A stretch of DNA of 62,457 bases, counting the filler, from Catajapyx aquilonaris (Eukaryota): NCBI GenBank assembly GCA_000934665.2. It is 2 parts of 2 records of this genome, joined end to end, with 100 filler letters (N's around TTAATTAATTAA, not from the genome) between each part and the next. Parts side by side here need not be neighbours in the genome. Positions count along the whole stretch, not along the records: positions 1 to 31,173 come from JYFJ02004564.1; 1 more part is not named here. One strand, given 5' to 3'. Positions 11,901-26,173 of the stretch are shown here, piece by piece. How positions within the stretch are numbered: position 1 is the first letter of the stretch; each line of letters opens with the position of its first letter. Made by a program: the position numbers and the translations under genes. Below the pieces are notes generated by a model. It saw only the letters and a list, made by a program, of their open reading frames with translations, was not told the origin of the DNA and ran no database searches.

Positions 11901-14900
11901 AGGATGGCACATTATAATTTTAATCAGCCCGTTGCATAATTAGGCATATAGTATTCCGCAAAAATTTACCAACTCTGCACATAATTATCTGAGCCCTTCT
12001 GACAAACTTCTTATACAGTATTGCTAAGTAACTACTGCATATGTGTGGGATCTTCACGTAACCATCTTCTCCGACGCTCGAGGCACAATTCCAATGTGTT
12101 TTAAAACCCCCGAGGTAAATTAAACGTTGCACCAGCACATAAAAGTGTTCAGGTCTGATCTATTTCATATCCACTTATAGCCTACTCGATAAAGGCATGT
12201 CACAAATTGTTAGAATTCAGAAATTCATTTGTATTGACCTAAGTAAGCTCAGGCCAGGTCGCATAACTCAGATCAAGGCACATTTGTGACACATTTATAG
12301 TTGTGAACAAATTCTATATTTTGGTCCCACGATTTAAAAGCATTCGAGAGGCTCCCTTTTTGGTTGCTGGACACTATTGCCAAGTGCCAACCCAGAGATG
12401 CAAAGTGGAACATGTCAACATTGGGGAATTCTCTTGGCACCAAACAGAATAACCCAGCAGTGCAAACATAATTCGCTCATGTTGACAAAACTGTGCCTAG
12501 CAACCAAGTGCTGGACCGGGTCCAGTGTCCTCGGTGCTATGTAAATGACCTCTTTCATGAGTTTATACAACCTGGTTAATTTTGGTGCAGCCTTTAATTT
12601 AAACCGGAGATTTTAAAATGTACTCGACTCTTATACGTGCCTGGTACGTCATGCAATGGGTTACACCAGACCGATTGTACAATATTGGAAATGAATCGCA
12701 TAACTAATGGTTGCGCAATAGATGCGGAGAAAGAGCGTGATGGCGGGGACGAGGTGGAGGTACCGACAGGAAGAAAGTCCTCGTCGAGACCCCCACGGGC
12801 GGCCCCGCCTCCGCCCCCGGGGCCTCCTCCACCCGTGCCCTCGGCAAACCAGCAGCAGTGTAACGAATACGCCGTGGGCAACCTGTACTACACCGTGAGC
12901 CTTCCTCCTCCGCCCAAGAACGACCCCGCCTACGAGACTTTGGCATACTCCTCCAGCGTCCAGGAGCGTGTTCGCAGGTGGAAGTGGAGGAAACTCAGGC
13001 CACCTTCCAGCAGGCCCAGGTTCGCTCCATTCCGACCTAATTGCATCCAGTTCCCTTGAGAGGAACCAGTATATGCACGGTCAGAAGCAAAAGAGTAAAG
13101 CCGGGTTCACACGGGCGTCTTTGGGTCGTTGTGATTGGGATACGCCAATCAGCAGCTTCCGTTATTGTCGTGCTGTCCGCGCTAATTGGTGGATCTCAAA
13201 ACGACACAAAGACAATGACATCCAATGGACCACGTTGCTCTGTGCCCATCTTTTGCTCCTGACAGTGTAGGTATACTGCGTGACCTCAAAGAGAGAGTCT
13301 GATGCATCTCTGAGCGGCATCCTCTATGACGTGCAGGCGGTGGGAAAGTGCAAACAGCGGTAGCGGTGGGCCCTTGGGAGGAGGGTCGAGCTCGGGGCTG
13401 CCCCTGGGTCCGTTGGGTCCCAGGCTGCTTCGGGTGGTGGCGACTGTCAGCCATGCCTGGAGGGGCACACGTCGTCGTGTGCGTACCCGGGTCAACTCGG
13501 TTCTGGCCCAGCACAACCTGAGCATGAGGGGGCGTCGCAGGCATGCGTCCGCGACGTCGTCCGACGCCCAAGGAGAGCAAACGCAAGAAGAGCTGGATGG
13601 GGACGACCGATCCGACCTCTTGCAGGACCCGGTGTTACAGGTGGGTGGGTCACGTGTCTGCCCGGGGCGACACGTGTCGCACGACGCAAAGGTTCACAGG
13701 ACAATTCATTTGGGCAGCCAAGTGTCATTTTTGGCGACTCAGGGAACGGCGGTCTAGAGGGGGGCATCGCTATACGGAGACCTTGTTGTCATGCCCTGAT
13801 TAATCATTGCCGCACTGCTCCATCTCCCTTTTGGCAGCCGAAGAGACCCACTTCTTGTTTGCCGTCCTGATTGCCTTTCTTCCCGGTCCTCCGTTAGCTT
13901 ATTTGTCTTAATGCTGACTTGCAACATTTTACCACCTGCCAATAGAGAAGGACAATGTCAGGCGTCGTGGCGTTGACTGACTGCATTGTGCGGTATGATA
14001 CATTTGTGTCCAACAAGGAATTTGTAAATTAAAAGAGTAGATTTCTCGCTTTTGTTTTCTACACGGAATGACCTAGGCCACATGTAATCATTGAGATTGG
14101 TGCATGTCGCGTTGCGGTAATTACATAGCTCTGGTCTATGAGGGAAAGTGGAATATCCAGCACTGGAGGTTTTACACACCCTGGAGCATTATAGAGGGGC
14201 GTTGTTGTAATCACTTAGACCTAATGGAATTCATTGTAGCACGGGAACATTAGTTAAATGTTATGCGAATGCGGCCCTTTTTTGTCGATATGTGGAACTA
14301 CTTGTAGAATAGCGGTGTAGACTACGTGATTTGGTGCCGAAAGGAGAAAGTTTCCTCTGCACGGTCACCACAGCGATTATAGTAAAATAATGTTTGTAGG
14401 AACGGTTTGCCTTGCCGATGGTTGTGGCCACAGCATTATTCTTCTCCGGTGGGGGTGTAGGTACTTGGGAAGAAGGTCAGTGGCCTATATAGTGCAAACC
14501 TTGGCGCAGGATGGGATTCATTTGGATCGTCGGAAGTCACGCGTCACATCCACCAATGCATGATAATAAAAAAAAGAGTCAGAATGGGGAAGTCCACGGG
14601 GCATATGTAGAATCAAGAGAGGGACGGGCGGACCATGTTAGCATTACAAAAAAACCGGTTGTACGTTCGGACAAGATTGGGTGAAAAGAGCCTCATACAC
14701 ATTTGAATTGAACGACCTCGTGTCCGGTATGAAATGGATGCAATGAGCGTGAAGTGGTCTAACACGGTGGAATGAATGAATATGCGAAGTGTGTGGAAAA
14801 ACGAGGTGCAAAATGGAGTGTGTGTGTGTGAAAGAGAGAGACCTTGCCCAAGGATAAGTCAGCTGGAGTCAGTCAGTCGGGTCGATGTAGTTAGCCAGCA

Positions 14901-17900
14901 ATTATTGTTCCCTGCTTCCTTCCTGGTCTGATCAGCATGCAGCTGCCTGTCCCTGTCCAATGTCATCGTCTATTGCGTCCCATCTGGATCCGACAATACA
15001 CACCCCCACTCTCGATTGCCTCCAAGGTCTCGATGTGTCATCGATGAATTTGTGGGGGAAATGCATAATTTTTTCATGGGGTCATTTTCAGGCAATTTCG
15101 TACTTGACCGAGCAAGTACCTGATGATCATGATTCCAGTCACGTATAGAATGACTGGCATTGTGTCGCGATTGAAGCAAAAGAGAGAGTAGTTGCCACTT
15201 GTGATTTAGCGTCGTTTGAGGAGCAATTGGAGTGTAATGGTCGAGAAATGAAGAGAGGCCGAACTGAAGGGGGCTCCGTGGGTCAGGTGACGTCAGAGTG
15301 AAGAGACCGTTGGCAAGCCACATTAAGTGGCAGTAATTGGTCCTCAGCAGCTTCACTTCGGTCTCCTCTTCCTTATCGCCTTATTAGTAGGTGTCCGAGT
15401 GAGCTTGCAAAATGTTGCTGAAAACCTGCCTCGCCTTTGACAGCACCAAGCACAAGAAGGTGATGCTTGGTGCTCAGTGTTATGTGCTGAATCTAACACG
15501 TGTTTTCTTGTCACCAGGGTCAAAATGGGTTTGAGGAGCTGCGGAAGTACATCAAACACGGAGGCGATTTTTGCAAGGAGTTGGCGCAGATTCTTCAAGA
15601 AAGGTATGCATTTTGTTTACTCTGACCACTTTATCGTGTAGGTTGCGTGAGTGGAGGCAAGAAGGCGAGGCTGCAGGTGATGTGTCGAGGGAGGGTCCGT
15701 CTTAATAACATCCAAGGAGGCCTGTTTCCCAAGCACTTGTTTGAGATATATATTTTTTTCCGCTCCAAATATGGTGCTGATAGTTGGCCAGAGAGTGAGA
15801 ACTGGCCCAGCAACCCCGAACAAGGACCGGTTGGTGCGCGGATTGCCTCGCTGGTACGGCAAGGGTTGTATATAACTCACGGCGATGAACTTCGCCATTT
15901 TGCAGAGAAATATACGGAAAGACGCGCCTTCCTGGAACGCACCTTTTGTTGTCTGGGAATCTTGATTTGGCTCAAAACGTAACCACTGGAGGCGGCGGCA
16001 TATGTATGCTGTTTCCCGACCAAACAGAGCGAGACGCATCCTCACAAAGAGATTTGGTACAGCCTTTTTCCCCTCGGCGATATTAACATCTCTAGACTGG
16101 CTAGAGTGCCAGGTAACAAGTATGCAGCAGGATTGCGAAATCTGGCGACGTCCAGGGGGGAAAATAGGCCATCCAAATTTTGATATATAAATGTAATTAC
16201 AGCTACATCCATAAATCTGACTGGGCGACAGGAACAGATAGCAAAGGGATTGTATTTTGGATAGAAAAATTGTGCAATTGGAAAAAAAGCAGGTTCCTTG
16301 ACCTCTTTTTTGTCAACTGGGGAGATGTGAAGGAAGATGGTTTCGCAGAATGGCATTAGTACAAAAGGGCGGAATCACGCGTTTTTGCAAGTCGACCGGC
16401 GGGTCTGCTGGTCTTGCATCAAAGCTAGAGACATGTGACCCTTCGCGTGGGGTGTTACATACGGTGCATCGGGGGTGCCCTGACCCCCCTCGCTCGTAAT
16501 TAAACCAGGCGGACCAAAAAGGAGAGGATTTCAGGCTAAGATAAAAATGTGGAGGGCTTTCACCTTTGGGTTCAGAGCCTGTGTGCACACTGCACGAGGT
16601 TGATTTCAACCAGAATCACTTATCAACTTGCGCAAACTAGTTCGTTTCAGGGCGAATCGGGAGCTTAAAAAAACTACGAATAAGACAACCACTCGCTCAC
16701 TGTCTACCGTGTATCAGTTTTGCGCATTATGTATATATAGTAACATATACTCTGATAAGACGTGACTATTGCAGATTTGTTAGAGTGATTGTTAGGGAGT
16801 GGACCATGCGAGTGCTGACCCTGATCTTGGCAGTGGGAGGAGCTGTTTGAATTATTAAAGTCATCCCAGGGAGAGGTCGTATCGTACAAGTCATGATTTG
16901 CCAGGTGAAGCAGCGGAGATGGCCAACACTGGTTCGATCATCACGAATCGGCGATGGGAATTGATTCCCATGATGTGCACGCTATGAGAAGCCGGCCTAT
17001 TGTTTACGGTGTGCTCAAATGTGACATCATTGGCGGTCGTGAGAAACGGAGAACGGACCATCACACGTGCAAATTATCCATAACCTGATCCAATGCGGAG
17101 ACCATTGTGACGTTTTCAAAGGGAGCATTGTTTCCACTCTTCCAAATGAACCGATGTGCAATGCCATATTTGTGGCTTTAGCTGGCCCAAAAATGGAGTC
17201 GAAATGTGGGCTGAGTTCACTTTCTCCGGCAGTTCGAAGGCCGATGGTTTTAATTGGGAGTCATCCCCATGCGTATATATTACAGACAACAAAAAAGTGT
17301 CACGGGATGGAAATTGACGGATGCGGAAGTCACTTCCGTCACGTGTTGTGTAAGCGGTACATAAACGAGGAGCACATGTGCTTGTAATATGCAATATTTT
17401 GACTCCAGAGCGTGACATCCTGTTCTTACCAGTTCGCAGTCCGGAAAGCATAAAGTCACTGCAGTTTTAATGCCTTTCCGAAACGATGGGTATATAACGG
17501 CACCGAGAGCCAAGGTTGCGGCTGAGAGAGAGTGATGTGATACTTCTTTCGAACTATCAGTCACAATTTTGGGTGTGGGACTAAGCCATTGTTGTCCCCT
17601 GAGGGAATTGGGCGGGGAATGCAATTTCCTAGTATGGCGACAAAATGATGCTTTTTTAGAGATAGGTGTATAGAGGTGTAGTCTGTATACGCAGGCAGTT
17701 GAAGAAAATTTTCTATCACGTGCATATATGCCTTGGAGGTATCATTATTTTGCACTGATACCTTTCATTTTAGTTTCATGCACGAGCAAGGTTTTTTCAT
17801 CCGGACAGTACTTCTCATTTCTAATGAAATAATACGCTTTCCTTAGCGAGGAAATATTCAGTTCGATTTCTTTACCCTTATTCAAAGAAGAAAGTCTGAT

Positions 17901-20900
17901 AGGATAGCCATGCATTCACCTGTCATGCGAATGCCATAACAGCCTTATTCTGCGTGACGAAGCGCTATTACCGAGCTGGATATTTACGTTATGTATACAC
18001 ATATACAGCACGGCCGGGTGACAGGCCGAGGAATATTACGCAGATAGTGTCGGCTAAAAGGACGGATTGAACCCATGCAGTGTGGCAGCACCATTGTCCT
18101 GTGGATGAGAATAGGAGGAGCTGAACTCGTATAAAAAGAGAAATAAAATGTTGGGTTTGGTCCTTGAGCATGTAAGGCGGGACCGTGGAGCTCGCTATTG
18201 CTATCTTTGGACTTGGTATTATGAATGCGGTGATACAATGTGTTTGTGCCGATTCCGTATTCGAGTAACTTCCAAACACGACAAGGCCGATGCCCTGCTG
18301 TTTGTTCAGTGATAGTTTGAATTCTGTGTTGGACCGAATATATAGACTGGTCCCTGTGAAATTTTTCATGAAAATTGACCTTTTAGAGCTAAGCAGTAAT
18401 ATTATTTGATATGCAGTCACTGTATAGGACTACGAAGGGATGATCCCTGCGGCTATACAACCGTACGGTTTCAAATGTTCGGGCATAGAGATTCTAATAT
18501 CAGAAAAATCCTGTGGGCCGTGCATGGCGGCCTCCTTTTAGAAATGTTCAATATTGTAATATAGGGAGGGTTCGTGAGATCTACTTTTTACTGAGAGTTC
18601 CAAGATAAATGAGGTTACCAGTGAGTGAAATTTCGCCAGACTTTGTTGCTTTCGTATAGGTTATTATTTGCAAATGGAAAGTAATATATCTGTTACATGA
18701 TTGAGCAAAGCATATAACGAAAGTTCTTCGCGTTATTGAGAAGAAATTGCGAGTTTTTCTGTCTCGATCCAGAGAAAACAACGACATAGATCTGCAAAGC
18801 CCATGATAATGTGCGATAAGATACCGACTACACCTATATTGTTGTCGTCCGGAATTGCTCGACTCATGACTCATCGACATAGTGCGGTATACGTCCGCTG
18901 ACGTGATATTTGCCCTGATATATTATTCGTGCACTGTGAAAGCGTACTTTATTACCCGCAACTGAAGGCGGGGAGACAGCGTGTATACAGTAAGCAATAA
19001 AGGTCAGCTAGGGCACCTGTGGTGGGCATGGATCCGAAACATTCCTGTTATCTCACTGTCAGTATGTTCAGGTAGTTCAGAATATAGGAAACGTATGTGG
19101 CACATCCATGTAAACATGGCAACACAAAATCGGCTCATATCTCAACGTGCCTACACGTCTTCGTGCACATCTTGGTGGAATCGTCCATCAGATTAGATTT
19201 GCATGGACTTTTTGTTCGCGCCATGGCTGGTGTTAATTAGGAAGGATATATCCTGACTCATACTGCATTATAATGCCGTTTGGTCTTGGCTCAGCTGTGG
19301 AAGGAAGAGAACAACTGGCCGTCTACGAGTATTCACTCGAACGGTACTCTTGCCAGATGAATCTTGATGTTGTTTTATAGCGCACCGGTACTGTTGATTC
19401 TGCAGCTCATTGCAACAGACAGTTGTGCGCCGGATAAGCCCGCTCGTAAATAAATAATTGCTAACAATGATGTTTTATGGATGAGAATTTCGCATAGCTT
19501 GTAGACAAATTTTCTTGACTACATCTATTCCACGTGCATCATACCATGAAGCAGATGTGTGAAAGACGCGCCTGTCATGCGACCTATGTGACACTGATAT
19601 GCCAACGAACATTGCTGACAAAAAACACACATATGTCGGGATGCTTTTTTTAGGCAGTTATATCTACTAGGTCAGGACGCAGGATGAAAGTTTTTTTTTC
19701 TTCTTCTACTCTGGTGACTCAATGTAATCTACATCCATGGAGTGTTCGCAGGCGCCAAAATCCATGTGTCGAATTGACCTCTGCATCTCGTTTCCTTTTT
19801 GCGAAGGGAACATCAAGTTACCATTTTTGGAGACGAAGGCAGGGATGAGAAACCCACACGCACATCCTACACATGCTGGATGACTTCTCTAATACGCCGA
19901 TGTCTTGCATCACGACTAACCGATTTATCGGAGTGACCCTGCACTATTGGAAAACAGTGGGAGTTGTCGTGTACATCTTGGCAAAACTAGAAATCTCAGC
20001 ATACTAATGTACCGTTAATGCAAGTACGAGCATTGTCCTTGCCCACTTTTCCTTCCGTTAAGTACACATAACCGACAACTTCCACCTCACGTACCGGACT
20101 GTTTAGTAAATATTGTACCTTTTTTTGCCACCAGACGACTTCAAAGCCGTTAGTGGCCCGCACATTATTAATTACACCAGCCTGCCTTGAGTAACTTATA
20201 TCTGACCGCAAATCAGACCACTTATTGCGATCATTGTTCGGAATTGGCGAGTTCGGTTATAAACCTGCTGGAAACTGTGCATACGCAGTTCTTATACCAA
20301 AAAGTGTGCCGAAGTAACAAGTCCATTTCCTGGCTGGAGAGGGGCCGTTATACCGTGATTCTTCCAGCCCCTGTGTTGCCACCATCTCAGCTTCATTATA
20401 CGCGGGACAACCTCAGCAATTTTTGCACTCTTATGTAGGGAACTGGAATGAAAGTTGACGAAAGATGACAGTCAAGGTCTGGCGCAATGTCAGAAAGAGG
20501 TCCAAGGTGGTTGAGAAAGTGTTTCCTTTCGAAAAAGGAGCCGACGAAGGCTGATTCCGGAAAGCAAACGAGGCACATGCTTCTGTGCGTCTTCATATAT
20601 ATAGAGACAGTAGTTGCATGTACGAGAGTCATCTCATGGGGTTGTGCACACCAGGACACACATCATGCTGACAATCGTTGAACCTGACGATAAAAGTGTT
20701 TTTTAAGGGGGGTAAATGTGAGCAAGGGCGGGTAAGGAAGATTCGGGGTTATTATGCATGGTGCGTATTTTTGTAGGAAGTATAGCTCGTAATGCGTGGA
20801 GAAGAGAATGTTTTCTATGCACGCTGGCAACCTTGACTGGCTTCATGAAACACGTGCATAATAGTTACCCAGCCATCCTCCTCGCAGACCCGTTAAGTCT

Positions 20901-23900
20901 GGAATATTATTATTGCACGCGTGTTTCTGCCCAGTACCGGATGGGAAATACTCCATAATAAGGTTGACATCATACTCCGTGTTAACAATGCATACTTCCA
21001 GTGTTTACTGCTGTGAGAGTGGACACGAAAAATAATTGTACGAGGTTGTAGTAATGTACCGGTATTAATAAAAATTCAGAGCTGATATCCTCATAAAATA
21101 TTATCTCGTTGTCCGATAGTACATGCGTGTTCCGCCGAAGAGAAACCGAATATTTTTGAGGTTAGTGAGGTACTTTATGCGCCGAAACGTTAGGTAACCT
21201 GGTTGACAAACGTGTTCTTTCAGTCCGTGACAAGCTGCGAAGGACTGACTGAAAACGAGGCCTCCACATTGCGGAACTGAAGCTCCCAATACGAAACACG
21301 GGCCTCTGGAAATAGGTGGCGGTCGATTTAGATGGTTGGATTAAAGTCCTTTGAGATGGATAGATGAAAAGGTTGGCGGGGGAGTGAAAGAGGGCCATAA
21401 AGATCGGCGGTCCAGATCATTGTTCGCGAAAGGTATTATAAGGAGAGCTGCAGATTTAGGGCTGCCCAAATTAGGGATTGGCTGCAGGGGCCATCGTCGT
21501 CTGCGCGGGTAATCAAAAGAGAAAGGAGAATGGGACCCGTTATGCTCCGACGGTGTGGACCACACTGCTTCAATTCACAATCTGGTATTGTATTCGACAC
21601 ACTCGGGCTTTTGTAAAAGAGGAGGCAAAATCAACGCCCTTGTAATGCATGCTTGTAACAGGTGTACTGTTACGTGGGAACTACGAAATGGGGGTTTTGC
21701 AATATGCAGATTCAGGTTTGAGTCCTCCAGGAAGCAGAGTTAGCCACATATGGGATATGACATTGTAATCCTATTCATATATAGATAGAAATCTGACAGG
21801 GAAAGGTTGAATGAAGCAGAATGTGATGTTCCCATAAGAAGTTCTGTTTACATTTTCGCTGTCCTTCCTGTTGAGCTGAACCGCTGAAGATACCTGGTTA
21901 ATTGCGCAACACACGGGAGCAAGTTAGAATAATAAGCAAAGTGTCGTATCGTCCCAGACCAGGCGATGACAAGTAGATCTTCCTGCTTTATAAAACTTCA
22001 TACTTGTTCCAAGAGTAGAGCGAACACTACTTTTCAAATCCTTGGACCAAGTATATAAAATTTTCGTACTAATGTGAGAATGCAGCTACAGTGTGATTCT
22101 TTAAACGCAGTCTGCGGGTAAAATATGTCCAGGGTTCCTCTCTAAAGTTTTATTAATAATTAACAGGGCAAGCATGTATTTTAGTGCATTCTTGACCCAT
22201 TTTGCTTTGTGGGGGAAGGCTTTGAACCGTAAAACAACGACCCTGACAGTGGTCCATAAATTCCACTTCATATGGGCTTATAGAAGGTAGCACTCCCAGT
22301 GATACAGTAATGTTGGTTGTAAATGCAAAGAACTAATATCTTGAATGAAATGTTTCAGGTCTGAGCTGGAGAGCCAGTACGCCAAAGGTCTGGGCAAGTT
22401 GTCGGCCAAACTACTGAAAGCGTCCAGAGAAGCCATGGGTAGTGTGTCACAGGCGTGGCAGATGATTGGAGCCCAGATGGAGCAGCAGAGTGAGATGCAC
22501 CGCACCTTGGCCTCCTCCGTGTCCGAGGAGGTTGCCCGTCCATTGAGAGGTGTGGTGGATGCTCAGCACAAGATTCGCAAGTCAGTTGAGGCTATGGTGG
22601 ACAAGGCAGCCCGAAACCTGGGTGAATGGAGGTCAGCAGAAGCCAAGGCAAAGAAGCACTGCTACTTGTGTGTAAGGGACAATGAGAAGCTTCAGGAGCA
22701 TCACCATGGAGGAGGAAGCATCCTTTCAGACAAGGATGTGGCCAAACTGGAGTCAAAGCGCAGGAAGGCACAAGAGGCAGTAAGGAAGGCTGACCTGGAG
22801 TATTACACCTTCTGTGTCAGAGCAGAGAGGGCCCGGTTGGAGTGGGACTCGGCTGTGTCGCGTGGGTCACATTGCTTCCAAACCTTGGAGGAAGAGAGGC
22901 TTGCACATCTCAAAGAGTTGGCCACACGACATTACACCAATCTGTCACAGATGGGGCCCTCCTGGACAGAGGTGTGTTTGCCTTGAAATTTTGTCTCCCA
23001 TTGGAATTGCTAAATGAAAATGCTTCCTACACTGGCTAATCACTTTGGAAATTCCAGGAAAATGATAAATGCTAAGGCGTGTTCATAAGCTTGCAAGAAG
23101 CAGTGTTTTTGTGTAAATTTGAGAATTTTTTTTGTGGGCAAGAAGTCAGCACACGAATAAGGTGCAAGAATTGGCTTCTTGCTGTGGCTGCAATTGATTC
23201 TTGAAAGGTTGTGAACATACCATTGTGCAATTTTCTAAATATAATCTCTCTTCTTTTAACATTATTAGACAAATTGTTTTCCTTTTCAATTTCTCTTAAA
23301 TACTGTAGCAAAGGAGTTGAGATGCCCATGTGTCACAGACTACCCTTTTATAAGGAAAAGGCTTGACACATAGATTATCCCAGTGCCTTGGACCAAAAAC
23401 CTCCCTTCACCACCTCTTCCTTCTGCCCATTTCTTACGTTTCTGAGGATGAACAGGCAGCTTCCCCAACTGCCCCATAGTCATGACCTGTCACTATGCAA
23501 AGTTTGTTGTTGAGCTTTGAAAGCATGGCTCCTGATCCTTGTCAGACAAACTTACAAAAAGGCAGAACTCTCGTTGGGTATAGCTTGATGACCTCTACTT
23601 TTATTGCCTGCTCACACTATCATACCTTTACTACTATTTCCAGAGCACTGAGAGGCTGAAGGAGCCAGTAACATCATGTGACCCTGCCAGAGACATCCAA
23701 ACAGTTGTGTCAGCAAAAGGAACTGGTGGTGTTCCCTCTGAGCAGCTTCTGCCTGACTTCTATGCTGAAGACATGACCAATGCCATGAACAAGGAGCGAC
23801 GAAGAGCCGCCCTAGCCAAGTTCCTGCAGATGATCAGATCTGACCTGGAGAGAGAATGGAAAGGACGGAAGGGAGTTGAAAACCTGGCCAGAGCCTTAAA

Positions 23901-25277
23901 AGAAACGCCTGGTTTTGGAGGCGAGGAGACTCAACAGGATGTTGGAGACAAGCTGAGGCACCTGAATTCAATGCTTGCCTACCTGGAAGCATCAAGGTAC
24001 AAGGTACATGGTGCAATGGCCGACTTGGATGCCAGGCCCAAGGGAAACCATCCTTTAGCACTGCACATACACAGCCACAAGGACAAGCAAGGAATGCTTC
24101 AAAGTGTGTTAAGAGCACCTGGGTGGCTCAAAGACCGAAGTGACTTGAGTCCACAGGATTTTGCAACGCAAAATGGAAGCTCACCTGATTGGACAGACAG
24201 GGGCACTGCTGACGGGAATTCCGTACAGCCTGATAGCGACTTTGACGAGTTCAGCAGTGAAGGCAGTGAGGAGGGTGGAGTAAGCATGAAGTTCTACAAA
24301 CCTCCCAGCTCAATAGCACCATCTGTGGGGCAATGCAGGGTGCTGTACGACTACAAAGCAAACATTTATGATGAGCTTACTATTAAACCAGGTATGGTAT
24401 GCCAATCCTAGGCAATTATAATGTGTAATGCAGATGATATTAAACTAAGAAAAATTATTTACTGCACATTAACATACAATATCTACAACTTGGTGTTCCT
24501 AATTCCATCACTCAGGGCCTTTTCGGGGGCTTGGGGGTGTCAAAGTAGACTTAATGCAAATCCTTGTTGGAAGCAACCAAATGGTTTTGAACAGGTCAAA
24601 AAGGTTAGCACATAGTATTGCAGAGCTGGAATTTGCTATGTGAATCCAACTTTGCACTAGGTCTACGAAACATCACGTACCGGTACTGTACTGTACCTTG
24701 CGCAACAGTTCTATAGCAAGTTTTTGGTGATATTGCATGAAAGTAGCCTACTGCCTACTGTATACATATCTGGTGATTGGTACCACGTTATGGCTGACTC
24801 TAATGCAGTATTAATTCTACGACATCCAGGTTTTTCTTTACTGGTGGAACTGTTTCTGCAATGGACAGATTGAATCCATATCCAACAAAAATTCACAAAA
24901 TATCCTTTCGAGCTTCCAGAGGTTGCAAACAAAATTTTATTCAGTTGACGTTTCTGCTCTGCCCAGGTCTGCTATAATGATTATTTTTATTGCATTACAT
25001 TAGATTAGACCTAGGCAAATACCCTCCAGCACCACAATTATTGAAGCTTCCGGCACACTTCTTCTATTCTATATCAGGAAAAATATTGTGGTGTACTGTA
25101 CCATGTGGTAGGAGCAAAACATCGAAATTGCGGAACTATCACCCTCACTTATGCTCTTTTTCTCCCCCAGGTGATGTGATCAACATACATGACAAGCAAG
25201 CAGATGGATGGTGGCTTGGGGAACTAAATGGAGTCATCGGAATATTTCCAGCCACGTATGTGGAGGAAGTGGAGTGA
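5969..25277 (+). CDS. NOSTRIN: Nostrin (F-BAR + HR1-like + SH3 domain protein), 540-aa isoform
   Basis: join(5969..6037,15518..15603,22359..22971,23644..24391,25171..25277), GT-AG introns, phases 0/2/0/1, 1623 nt. N-terminus MANHNNNNNNIMGRKATFRGNFE|GQNGFEELRKYIKHGGDFCKELAQILQER|SELESQYAKGLGKLSAKL (F-BAR/FCH), central coiled coil (GRKGVENLARA), C-terminal SH3 CRVLYDYKANIYDELTIKPG|DVINIHDKQADGWWLGELNGVIGIFPATYVEE. Confidence 0.9.
12691..13640 (+). CDS. Candidate alternative N-terminal exons of a long NOSTRIN isoform (Pro-rich, low complexity)
   Basis: GC-rich ORF from ATG 12691 (PPRAAPPPPPGPPPPVP, LYYTV, PAYETL) with phase-2 donors at 12977 or 13019. Phase-2 acceptor tgcag| at 13336, exon 13337..13640 ending QDPVLQ|gtgggt (phase 0), compatible with the phase-0 acceptor at 15518. 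Confidence 0.5.
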
Positions 25278-26173
25278 AGTGCCTTCCAAGGTTGACTTTT
25301 CGATATGATAGTCACTGTGATTCAGCCCCTTCCCCTCAAGTGCCTATCCGCCTTCCTTTTCATTTCCCCCAATCCCCTACTAGTCAACCACATAACGACA
25401 CCTTTTCTAGCCTACTTCGGGTAAATGAGGGTTGAAACATGACAAACTACCACATCATGTTGTAAATACTGTAGTTTGTAGGTTCTGTACAGGTTTTTAA
25501 AGTCATGATTAAAGACAATATAACATTTTATTATTATGAGAAAATACACATGTGGAAAATTATGGTAGCATGTAATTGATAAAATGTTCAGCTGTTTGTT
25601 GCAGTAGCAGCAACAACATCTGCAGTCATCCATGGATGCAACCATCTTCTCTTCTGGTGTCAAGAAAAGAGAAATGCAAGAGTTAGTGCGGTAAATTGTA
25701 ACAGCTTGGGATGCAAATTAATAGGTAGTTTATTACTCCACACTTGCTGGCTGAAAGCATGCTAATTGCAGGGCAGAAGCTCTTAAGGTTGACAGCTTTG
25801 AAGGTTGCATGTGCAGCACCATACATGAAAGTGAATAATTGCAATACAGCCACAATGAATGGAGAAATTCTCAGAAATTCACATGACAGAAAAGCCTCTC
25901 CTGATGCATGCAATATAATACCATCAAGGCAATCAATCATTTTGAGTGACTCATGTCCACTGCCTTCACAAAATATCAAATTGTAGTTACAATTCTCTCT
26001 CTCCCCTGCCCCACCATCACATCAATTTTATCAGATTTTATTATTTTTTTAAATGGGTGACAAGTCGTATCAAACAAGATCGTGATGGGGCTCAGTTATG
26101 TTATTTTCAAAAGGAATCAAAACATTTTACATACGGTATGTGATATGCTGGACTTTTCACTTACCAAGTGAAG

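Noticed and set aside
15617..22300. Nested genes or ncRNAs in the large NOSTRIN intron
   Set aside because: Only short ORFs without recognisable domains or consistent splice structure; no convincing tRNA, snoRNA or miRNA seen by eye.
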